Shown here: one piece after another, positions 12,961 through 24,830 of the stretch | Layout: each line of letters opens with the position of its first letter | Numbering within the stretch: the stretch's first letter is position 1 | Assembly (NCBI RefSeq): GCF_000150275.1 | Contig: NW_002060947.1 | Span: 1,674,809 to 1,738,808 of the forward strand | DNA from: Trichoplax adhaerens | Taxonomy: Eukaryota > Animalia > Placozoa | DNA: 64,000 nucleotides | Reading direction: 5' to 3' | The notes under the pieces: model-generated | The model's database searches: none | Told to the model about the DNA's origin: nothing | Seen by the model: the letters and a program-made list of their open reading frames with translations, nothing else | Translations under genes and position numbers: made by a program

Positions 12961-13184
12961 AACTATAGGGGACCCAACCGACGGCAGTCGATAGAAACGG
13001 TTGGGAACCACACGAGCCGCGTCCTGCAAGTTACCTACTCTACTTGGCACACTAGACGAGGATTTCTAGGTGCCATTTTGCAACCTTCTACCACTGCAGG
13101 AAAAAGAAAACTTGGACAACCAATTCGTCGAAGGAAATCTTGATAACGTCTTCCATTACAACCACAATCTCTCGGTAGCCAACC

Positions 13185-16100
13185 ATGGATTCTATCATTG
13201 AACAACAACGGGGATATCATGAAGAATTAGAACGCGTCGAAGATGCCATGATTAAAGAAAATCTTCGTAAAAAGATATCGGTAAGAACTCTTGATGGAGA
13301 GAGAGCCAAAGCTTGCTCAATTACATCATAGGATAAGCTTCACTAGCAACAACTTGCAATCAATTCACACTTCAATCATGCCTTATCCAGTACATATTGG
13401 CTGGTGGTGTATAACCTTGTATACTAAACCACTAGTCATGGACATAGTGAGCAATCATACTCAAAGAAAATAATTCATCTATTCTTCATTCACTGCTTGC
13501 ATTGCACTGGCTAGTGGGAAACTCGACGCCTATTCTCATCATCATTTCCTTGACAATATTAGCTTTCATGATTGCTTCATCATCTATACAGTAATAAATA
13601 AATGCTTACAATGATGCTAACGAGTGGAGAAATGAAATAATACAAGCATTCCTAACACAATTTCAATCTAATTCTGCCCATACATATATATATCATCACA
13701 TGAATGATACTAAATTCAGCTTTTTCTTACCCTATAGTATCGTGATCAAATCAACAGTCAACATTACGTCAAGCAATTACTCGAGGTAGGTTGAAAGCAA
13801 TCTTGCACTGCATTCAAATCTTAGTATAATATGTTAGCGATATTCTACAGCAAGGTAATGCATTGTCAACGCTAGTCTAGTAGCTACCTATCAATAGGCA
13901 AGTTACACTTGCCTCATAAGGGATTAACTACAATGGATTCACAACCTCGGTGTAGACGTACCTCATACTCTACAATACTCCTTCGAGTATTACTAAATGA
14001 TAGACGATATATCTATTAATCTTACAATTCCGTACTAGCTATAAGCTAGCTCATATTATGTTCTTCTTTCTTGCTAATGATTATTCGTCTATGAAAAACG
14101 TATCTGCTAGCGTGCTACGGAAATTAGCGAACTATTGGTGGAATCTTATGAAGATGGAGATGAGTATGTTACTTGCACAATCAATTATAGCTGTTCCCAT
14201 GAGGAATTTCATCAATCACATTGTTATAATTGCTTATATTCTAAAGGTTACGCAAAGAAGAAGTACAATCAGTGTCTGGATCCAACGAATTTGCTGAATT
14301 TTATCGACGTTATAAATCCTTAAAGGATTACTATGCTCGTTATCCAGCAGACGTAAGTCAACTCGTGAGACTAAATTGTACATCTACATAATTTTCCATC
14401 TTCAACAACATACCAATTTCGTTTCAAAATTCAACCATCTTACCTATGAATAGCAATTCTTACACTGTATAGTAACTTTGTTATAAATACAAATGTGATA
14501 ACAATAGTAATCCACACAGAGTAATATCAACACTACTCGTCTTATCAAATATTTCAAATTGAGATTTTGTAGCTTTTAAATAAATTGAAGTTAATGTAAT
14601 CTTAGAGTAGCATTCCTATTTATAATAATACTCCACAATAAATCATCAATTCTATATAAACAATGATTATGATTTAGATTCAAGAACCTATGCAGTTCGA
14701 GTTTCTGAAAATGCAAGAAGCGTTTGAATCTCAATCAGAGGATGTGCAGAGTAAGTATTGAATTTAAACTACAAGTACAGTATAGTTCTCTCTGTAGCCT
14801 TTGATTCCTAAACCAATATAACATAATAGTAATCTAGTTCATGAAGTAAGTCTTTAGCAGCTGTTCTTGTAACTATCACAAATCTTAACGGTAAAACCAA
14901 TAATCTGTTATTAATCTTGACTAATACAGATCTGGTAACTTTTACCGATGAAGAGGGCTATGGAAAGTACTTGGATCTGCATGAGTGTCATGAAAGATAT
15001 AATAATCTTAAAGGATTGGAAGTACGGGACTCACTAATTCATAATACTTTCTAATTTATTATTGTTTCGCAATCTTACTAGTACGACATGGTAAAATTGA
15101 AACTGTTCCAACTGTAAATATATTTTTTAATAAGCAATCAACTTATCGCTACTTTCGTCTATTTTGAACTTAGCATGTGGACTATTTAACTTATATTACA
15201 ACCTTTGATCAACTATTTGAAGTACCTAAAGAAAAGAAAAACAATGATTATAAGGAGTAATTATTAACTTGAATCTCGTTGGTAAATCATGGATTACAAA
15301 CATCAATTTATTAATCGCATTAATTCCTCCAGTTATCTAGATTCATTACTCAAGTACTTATTTTCATACCTTGAGCGTATCAAGCCTTTACTTGATCTAG
15401 ATAAGGTATTATCAACGTTATATCATAAAGTGAATGCCAGCTTGCACGAGATCACATACATCAGCCTAGTAGTCCTGTTATGTGCGATCCATTTGCGATT
15501 ATTACGTAAATACAAGTAACTGATTAATTATAATGCGTTTCATTAGGAATATGACACTGCTAAAGAAGATTTCGAAAATAAATGGTCACTGGGCACATTC
15601 CCCGGTTGGCCGGTTAGTAACTTTGTGTTAACCATGCAATGAAAAATGTTATTTTTATATTGAATTGTGGAATAAAAGTGTTACAAATTATCTGGATATT
15701 AGAAAGATGCGGGTAGTGCCCTTTCGCGAACTGGAGCTGCCCTTGATTTATCAGCGTTTTCTTCATCTGAGGTATAGTATTATGTCTATTTAATACCTAA
15801 GTTCGACAGGAAACTATGTAACATTTGACTTAACTGATTCAATTAGGAACTGATGTCCCTTGGATTAGATAGATTAAAATCGGCGCTTATGGCCTTGGGA
15901 TTAAAATGCGGAGGGTTAGTTGAAAGATTCCTTGAATTGTGTTTTAGTGATGTATGTATTTTAAATCGGTTAATATTGTTTTAAAATAGTACTTTGGAGG
16001 AGAGAGCTAAGCGTCTTTTTAGTACCAAAGGTGAGTAACAAGAGTGCGAGCTTCTATTTCAGTCAAGATATACATACTGTACTTATAACGATAAATGGAT

Positions 16101-17469
16101 GTCTTTTTAGGCAAAACTTTAGATCAGATAGATTCGTCTCTGTTTACTAAAACGAAAACAGGAAAAGGGCACCAGTAAGATTAAAATTTATAATTAAAGG
16201 ACCCTTTGCATTAACACAGCATTATCATACTAATCTGATTATCTTACTGTAGAGAGGGAAGCGATCGTAATAAGGAAATCGCTGGTTTAGAAGCTCAAAT
16301 TTATCACACCTCTGAATTACTAGGAGTAGGCATCCTACCAATTTGACCTATCGTATATAGATGTAATAGCTAAATTTATTTAAATTGAATTGATTTCTCT
16401 TATACTTTTACTTGCATACTAGACACAGAGGTCTCAAACGCGAGAAAATATAGAACGTAAATTGGCACGTACTGCGGAAGAGTTAGAGGTACGTGGTGGT
16501 AACTGTTTTATAGTCAGTTGTTATTTTGCTTGAAAGGAAAGGAAATCCGATTATAACGTACGTACGGTATTATATAAACGAATGTTAGGAAGAAGAAGAG
16601 GTGGAACAATATAGTGAGTCGGAATCTGATGATGATGGTGAAGAAGGTGTATTGTATAATCCTAAGAATCTACCCTTGGGTTGGGATGGCAAGGTGATCT
16701 GCCTATGAGATGCTATGTTACATATCTAACTATTAGTATTTGTTAATTATTTGATATTATGTTGTTTAATATCGCCAATATACTTTGCTTCATTTTATAC
16801 TGTAGCCTATTCCGTACTGGCTTTACAAATTACACGGGCTCAATATTTATTATGACTGCGAAATTTGTGGAAATTATTCATATAGAGGACCGAAAGCTTT
16901 TCAAAGACATTTTGCGGTAATTTTACTCGATAAGATATGGAAATGTCCGAAGGGGAATTTTTTTAACCGCTTTATGTTAACTGATAGGAGTGGCGTCATG
17001 CTCATGGAATGCGCTGCTTAGGAATACCCAATACTGCTCACTTTGCAAATGTTACCAAAATTAAAGATGCATTATCACGTATGAAATAGTTGATTGTCAT
17101 TTCTATCGGGCATGTATAATGCCTCTATTACTTTATGACTGTTTAATTTCATTAACCTTTATAAAACTATAATTTCCATATGATTCGTTGCCGTTAAAGT
17201 AACGCAGTAATTATCGCTTGTTTCGTAGTTTGGGATAAATTGAAAGATTCAAAGACTAAAGAACGGTTTGATAGCGATGCTGAGGTATTATACGATTCGT
17301 ACAGTACACGTTGCTTTATCTGCAGCGTTTAAATAGAGACGCTACAATACAACTGTTAGACCTCGAACTAAAACTCTTGGGTCAACTTTAGGAGGAATTC
17401 GAAGACTCATTCGGAAATGTAGTTAATCGCAAAGTGTACGATGATTTACGAAAGCAGGGCCTTTTGTAA
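13185..17469 (+). CDS. SF3A3: Splicing factor 3A subunit 3 (Prp9/SAP61), about 18 exons
   Basis: Exons 13185-13280 ([18 protein letters not shown]), 13738-13785 (YRDQINSQH), 14111-14163 and ~14248-14352 ([19 protein letters not shown]). Later exons encode [57 protein letters not shown], the zinc finger [35 protein letters not shown], and end [10 protein letters not shown] (TAA 17467-17469). Confidence 0.97.
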
Positions 17470-19257
17470 TGGAAAAAGGAGGTATATAACTGTAGCGAAA
17501 ATAAAAACATTTTCTATCTTGTAAATGATTTACGTCCTGGCAGATATATAAAGTCCATGTTTACCAAATAAAATCTCCCTTTTTGTTGTTGAAATTGACG
17601 TAGCTATTACTGATACCCGTACTACTGTACTAACGTTGTGGTATGCTATCGATTCTTCTAATGTAGGTCACCTCACAACCTTTATAGGAGTATTAGCTTC
17701 ATGCAGACCATACTAGAACATTAGAAACCAATTGAAACTAAATATGCGCATGTTTCTTCTTTTCCATTAATCGAGCGTGTCACAATTGATGAGAAGGTAC
17801 CATCCATTTACTTACAAGTGATTTCTCGACCAAAACTAATTTTACCGACTTACTTTGCGAATATAAATAGCGTACGTCTTTATTATATTATACGATCTTT
17901 ATTGCCTTATTTCTAATTAGCTTTTCGATCGAACGTTATCATGTCACTGAACTGTTGTAAATGATGTGAATGCTAGTACTATAATGCTAGAATTGACAAC
18001 TTTATAAGTTTCCCACATTATGGCCCTGCCCTGCAGGACATCTTTTTTACATTGTATTGATGATGCGTTGCTATTTCGTGTAATAATGTATTGTATTGTG
18101 TTCCAGACGTAACTAACTTTATTAGGATAAATCTTACTGTACATGTAAACTATTAACCTATGAACGATAGCCATCGCGGCTCACCGGAACTGTTCTGTTA
18201 GGGTAAATATTAGCACGCGCAAAGAAAATGATGTCTGATCAAAAGCTTATTTTAATTATTTCGATTATACTGTGGGAATGATCTTTGCATATCAAACTAC
18301 CGTAGTGCCCTTACAGTACAATAAAAATCCTCTTACAGATAAGATTGTTTTTGGCGCAAATTTGGCCAAAATTGAAGAAATTTTGTATTTTCGGATGAGG
18401 TAAGTTACAGGGATTGACTTGAGTAATTGAATCTCTATAGTTCAGCACAGTATAATACAGATAGTTTCCGGTAGTGAAAATGTTGTCATTTCGTAAATTG
18501 ATAAATTCAATTCTTGACAGTTATTATTAAATATACACCACACATGATATTTGAACTACGGTATTGTAGTCTTCTGGTGTCACCGATGCTAGCATTTCAA
18601 GACAACGCATGAACATGGAGGATAACAATAAAATCTTGAAGTTTTTTTAATGATAAAAATTATTAATTTTATCGTTTTATATGTGAATTGCATATCTAAA
18701 CTTTGATATTGGGCGATATTCAGCCTATGCGTACTACCTGTACCATTGCGAATACCGTAATATTTCTATACTGTCATTCATAGACTTACTGTATAATTCT
18801 TGCATGAGAATTGAACATGCACTCATCTACTCATCTCTTACTCTCTCTTACAGTAGAAAAAGAACGGGACACCCAACTACTTTAACTGAGTATAACCAAT
18901 TCTATAGTACAGCAGTAAATAGAAAGTAATACGTCTCATAGTGTGTACGTAATATCTATAAATGATGTGAAGATTGGCAAATAAGGGATGAACAGTACTA
19001 TCCGATTTTCGTACAATTTTGATAGACTTTAATAGTACTTTGGTACTGTTCATACTATGAGAGTATAAGTTGAAGCTAGGCGATTTTTAATTTATTATAC
19101 GTATCAATTATTGCCTACTGCTCGTCGTCATTAAATCATAATAGAAAGTCACTCAAAATTGGTTGTCCAAGGTCAGTAAGTAGTCACTTTTCTACCTAGT
19201 GTAGTCATGGAGAAGACATTTATCCTATCAACAGCCATATCGCAATGCGGTTATTGA

Positions 19258-20280
19258 ATCAAGTCTATTAAAATCGCGACACCACTATTAAAACGCATAA
19301 AAATTGCACGCGTTGTGGATATTACTGTTGATCCAATCGCTCATGCCTTGCATCAACGAAAGAATATTTTGATATCCTAATATTAATTGATTGCTGTCCA
19401 CCTTAGCAACTCTCTTTATCATCTGTCTAGATTCAAGTCTATTAAAACGCATAAAAATTGCACGCGTTGTGGATATTACTGTTGATCCAATCGCTCATGC
19501 CTTGCATCAACGAAAGAATATTTTGATATCCTAATATTAATTGATTGCTGTCCATCTTAGCAACTCTCTTCATCATCTTCTTGAATCATCTGTCTAGATT
19601 CAAGTCTATTAAAACGCATAAAAATTACACGCGTTGTGGATATTACTGTTGATCCAATCGCTCATGCCTTGCATCAACGAAAGAATATTTTGATATCCTA
19701 ATATTAATTGATTACTGTCCACCTTAGCAACTCTCTTCATTATCTTCTTGAATCATCTGTCTAGATTCAAGTCTATTAAAACGCATAAAAATTACACGCG
19801 TTGTGGATATTACTGTTGATCCAATCGCTCATGCCTTGCATCAACGAAAGAATATTTTGATATCCTAATATTAATTGATTACTGTCCATCTTAGCAACTC
19901 TCTTCTTCATCTTCTTGAATCATCTGTCTAGATTCAAGTCTATTAAAACGCATAAAAATTACACGCGTTGTGGATATTACTGTTGATCCAATCGCTCATG
20001 CCTTGCATCAACGAAAGAATATTTTGATATCCTAATATTAATTGATTGCTGTCCACCTTAGCAACTCTCTTCATCTTCTTGAATCATCTGTCTAGATTCA
20101 AGTCTATTAAAATCGCGACACCACTATTAAAACGAATAAAAATTGCACGCGTTGTGGATATTACTGTTGATCCAATCGCTCATGCCTTGCATCAACGAAA
20201 GAATATTTTGATATCCTAATATTAATTGATTACTGTCCACCTTTGCAACTCTCTTCATCATCTTGAATCATCTGTCTAGA
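19258..20280. repeat. Tandem array, 167-bp unit, 6 copies
   Basis: TTAAAACGMATAAAAATTRCACGCGTTGTGG recurs at 19288, 19442, 19609, 19776, 19943 and 20127 (periods 154, 167, 167, 167, 184). Confidence 0.97.
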
Positions 20281-21254
20281 CTCTAGACTCACTTTGGGAA
20301 TGTATTTTACAGTCTTTCCACGTGTGCTGTACTATGTACTACGGTTGCATAGTGGATCCTGTAGAGTGTCTAATACAGTCCACGGATAGCAGTCTAATTA
20401 CAGTATAGTATTACAAAGAGCAGAAGAATGGAAACTTGGATGCCCTATCTCTATGCTCTACTGTACTCTTCGGCCAAGTGATCACTAGTGGATAGTATGC
20501 TATTGCATGTACTGTACGAGACATGACAGTCTTATAGTACAATACATTGTAGAAGTGAGTACTATACACTGTAAGGCAACTTTTCTTGGTATCGTAAATG
20601 ACTGCATACTGGATAGCTTTGACTAAAATTGATGTCACCGGAAGTCAATCATTCGTTACTCAGACTGCGTGGTAGTGACATTATTTTTGATGAGGATGGG
20701 TACTAGCCCAGTCTACTGTACTGTACTGTATGTTACAGACCATGCAAAGAGAAACGGGTAATGTACTGTATTGCAGAAAATGCAAATGGCCTCTTATGCC
20801 AAAATTAACGCGGATGCCTAGACTAAAGCTAAACCCTAAACCTTCTCCGACTTGCATTCGAACTCGTCCCTAATTGTAAAGCAACACAAGTCACCCTCAG
20901 ACTTTGTATTACATGAAAAATACGCTGCATCGGTTATCTGAAGAAAAATAGAGGAATATTAAAGGAAAGGAAGACGATATGGCTACTATAGCATACTGGA
21001 CACGGTATAGTACTGCATAATATACAGGTACAGTATCAGCTTTCCCTCGTCGCTTGCAAAAAGAGTGTCACTTGTTCTGGACTCAGGGACTACCTAGAGT
21101 GCTAAGTCATCCTTACAGGTGACATCAGTTTCAATCAACGCCATACACGTCAACCCTAGTCCGCGTACAGTACGTCAATTACAGTGTACAGTGTGTTTAC
21201 AGAACTGTATACTGTATGGATTGTACTGTATGAATCGTGCAGATCGGTAGTAAC

Positions 21255-24200
21255 ATGGCGGATGCGGGTTTCTTTCGTGTAAGTATACTACTTCTTGCTT
21301 CTATTTCCATTGAATAAGGAGGATAAATCATAATGTATCTTCAAAATCGATCCATATTGTAGGGCACAAGTACAGAGCAGGATGCTCGTTTTTCAGATAA
21401 GGACAAAAAACTCCTTAAAATGATGAAATTTGCTAATAATCTAAGTGTTAAGGTAAGATGGAAGAGGTGCACAAATTTGTCAACTACTTCTAATTAGTCT
21501 ATGTCCATGACAACACTTGACGAGCTACTTTCAACATACAACAGATAGACAGATGTGTTAGTGTATGTAGACATTCATGTATTGCATTTTACTACTTAGA
21601 ACTGTAAGTTACATGTAATGTTAATGTATTAGAATTGGAAACAAATCCAATGCTACTAGTTTTCACTTGCACACTCACTGCATTTTTTTATTCATGGATA
21701 TTGAATTTGGTGTAGATTGATATGGAACGCGTTAACTTAGACACGGTGAAACCATGGATTAGCAATAAAGTCTTGGAAATTTTAGGCATTGAAGATGACG
21801 TATTTATCGACTATGTTATCAACATGTTGGAATCCGAGCGTGTAAATATGTCTAATATTCAATATATAATATAATCGAATACGAGTACGAGCTGAAATCA
21901 TGTTCATGGAATAGTTTGGCTCAGATAGTACAACACCATGATGGGCAATATTATTAAAAATTAGAAAACAACTAAACATCATGAAATGATCATAAACTTC
22001 TCATACTATGCTATCTATTTTAAAAATAGATACCATATCTTAATACTACAATATCCTATCGACTTCTACGTTTATCAGTTTCAAAAGTGTTCATTGTTTT
22101 ACTCAAATTGCTGCATACGTACGCGTATGTTTAAGGGTTAAAACTACTAATCTGTGGTAATTTAGTATTTATTACTTGTCAACATTTATAGCATCCTGAC
22201 CCTAAGCGCATGCAGATAAATGTTACTCCTTTCTTACAAGCTAAACCTGCTACCAAGTTTATGCAAGAACTATGGAATATGTTAGCATCTGCTCAGGAGA
22301 ATGTAAGTGGTATTCCTAGTACCATGTTAGAGAAAAAGAAAGAAGAAATACGTCTTCGTAAGGTAAAATTGCTATAACACGGTGATTTTCCTTCTTCACT
22401 AAATGTAGTACGATACAGCAATAATTATAGTTGTTTGTTGCCATCGCTATATTATCTCCATACTAGCGGCCTAAGTGTACAGTTTTTGACAACTAACTTG
22501 ATAAATTAATCGCGAATGAAATAGTCCTTTCAATTATTGCTTGTCGCTAATGTAAATGAAATGTAATTGCAAATAGGAAGAACAAGACAGAATTGCCGCC
22601 AACCTGCAGCGGCATGTTGCAGCATCCGATGATCCTGTACCGGATAAAATTGCTTCTAAACGATCCCCAACCAATAGTGAGGTATGAGAAATGAACCTGC
22701 AGAAATTTGGACGGTATTCAAGTTAAATTGGTCTATTAATTGATTGCAATATTGCTATTATTTTACATATGCACTTGTAAAAATATTCCCTGCCAATTAG
22801 CCATCCAAATCAAGCGCAGGTGAGTTATTTATCCGATGCTATTCTAAGCTATTGCTGATCGCATATAGTGTGAATATAATAACATGTAATCTAGAATACT
22901 TCATCATAATTATGAGTGTATAACATTTTCCTTTATTTACGCTCCCATTTCTCACAATATCAGGAAGCCACAGTAGTTCCTCTGAAAGGTACTTATGTTA
23001 AAAATTTTGTATCATTGAGATCAATGCTATTATAGATACATTCTAGCATCTTTATTATAATAATAATATTGACTTCTAATTCCGGCTGCAAAGTGATGAT
23101 TCTCATTCTGACCACCGTAAAAGTCATCGAGACGATCGTCGTCAAAGATCTCGTAGTCCACGTCGTCAGCGATCGCGTAGTAGATCCCGTAGCCCACGTC
23201 GTCGTCGTCGTCAGACCAGATCTCGCAGTCCTCGGATTCAAAAACGTGCATCACGAAGCGTATCGAGTAGTCCCCGTCGTCGACGATCACGAAGTAGATC
23301 CACAAGTCCTCGTCGACGCCGATCACCTAGCAATCCTATCAGACGTCGACGCCGATCACCTAGCAATCCTATCAGACGTCGACGCCAAACCAGCGGATCC
23401 GTTAGTCCACGCCGTCGTAGAAGTAGAACACGTAGTCCACGTAAACGCCGTTCACGGACCAGTTCCATTACTCGACGAAGACGTCGATCCCGAAGTGAAT
23501 CGCACGGGAGATCTCGCCGACGTAAATCACGTAGCCCACCTCGTCGACGTAGATCATATAGCCGATCATACAGTCCACCAAGGCGTCCTATACGTAGTAG
23601 CCCATGGCGACGTCGAAGATCACCAAGTCCTCGCCGACGCCGTTCGAGTAGATCATATAGTCCGCGTAGACGTAATCAACAACGTAATCCGCGCTGGCGA
23701 AGATCACGCAGTAGGTCAAATAGCCCTCGCCGAAGACGGCGTAGTCGATCTCATAGTCCTCGTAAAGGGAGATTTTCTACTAATAAATCACGTAGTCCAA
23801 GCTCACAAAGCGAATCTGCCGAAGAAATCTCTAGAAGTAAAAAATCTCGCTATGAATCCAGCAGAAGCCGTCGAGTTCGATCAAATAGTCCAAGTAGAAG
23901 ACGTTCAAGAAGTGTATCAGATAGTGGTCGTTCCAACAAAAGTAGAGATAGATCCTATAATTCGCCTGATAGAAGACAACGTAGTGGCTCTGAAAGTTCC
24001 TATGCAAAGAGGGCAAAAAACAAGTCTCCTGATAATCGTAGGATAAGAAAATCCAGTGATTCCGTAGACCCTACGCAAGAGAAATCGAAAAGTAGATCTG
24101 TTACACCTGCAAACGATACTGTAAGAGCTAGTAGAGAATCCAGTGAGAAATCAGATGACGCTGAAGCTGAAGTTTCCAATAATACGAGCTTAGAGCTGAA

Positions 24201-24830
24201 GAAGAACGGTAGCGCAACTCACAAAGATAGCGTACCTGAAGGTAGTAGTCAGGCTGAACAGAGGATGGAAGTAGGCGATGAAAATGACGACGTGCGTAAA
24301 TAAAACTTTTATCAATAACTAATACAAGTAAAATATGTCATGATTCATGACACTTTTGCATCTATATGTAAGTAATAAAAGATATAAACTATGACCGCTA
24401 TATAGGATGGTAGTCCAGCTCGAAAAGAAGTGGATCGTAGTCAAAGTCATAAAAAGAAGAAAAGTAAAAAGCACAAGAAGCACTCTTCGAAACATAAACA
24501 TAAACATAAATCAAAAAAGCATAAAAAGGAGGAGTTATCTGTAAGTGGCAGCGATTCTCAATAATAACTTTAACGAGAATACGATGCGAATATCTGCATA
24601 TCCGTATGTGACCCTTTCTTGTATAACCTAAAGTATTTCTTAATGATGCTGTCCGAATTACAAAGTAGTTACAACATTTGTGGTAAAGTAATTGCTATTT
24701 TAAATACTTTCATTGGTAACTTAAGGTATCACAAGGCACTGACCTTGAAGAGTTGGAAAAAGATCTACGCGAGAAGGCGTTAAGGTCAATGAAACGTTCT
24801 GGTAGAAACTTAGATAGTAATGATTCCTAG
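21255..24830 (+). CDS. SRRM1: SRRM1/SRm160 (PWI domain plus RS domain)
   Basis: MADAGFFR|GTSTEQDARFSDKDKKLLK..|IDMERVNLDTVKPWISNKVLEILGIEDDVFIDYV (PWI)..|HPDPKRMQINVTPFL..FMQELW. A large RS-rich exon spans ~23094-24294 and is followed by a K/H-rich exon. The C-terminus LEKDLREKALRSMKR..* (TAG 24828-24830) matches SRRM1. Confidence 0.96.

Larger units (their letters stand above)
9500..13005. mobile_element. Composite non-coding repeat element (tandem array, unique core, foldback motif array); putative non-autonomous transposon
   Basis: A near-identical second copy lies at 61583-64000. It contains internal inverted repeats (11834-11876 vs 12693-12735) and stem-loops. No transposase ORF or target-site duplication was identified, and the ends are approximate. 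Confidence 0.4.

Noticed and set aside
13035-13074. MAPRNPRLVCQ as the first exon of MFSD9, spliced across the repeat element
   Set aside because: The donor is weak, it would omit the start of TM1, and a closer candidate exon exists near 7994-8028.
11427-13220. Many short C/T/V/Q/Y-rich ORFs (also 63278-63635)
   Set aside because: Most are translations of TACAGTAC low-complexity repeats and show no protein-like features.
23069-24046. 325-aa V/D/H-rich ORF and antisense ORFs 22993-23468
   Set aside because: These are shadow frames of the SRRM1 RS exon. CGT/CGA/AGT/TCA codon repeats leave alternative frames stop-poor, and the long ORF starts at TTG inside an intron.
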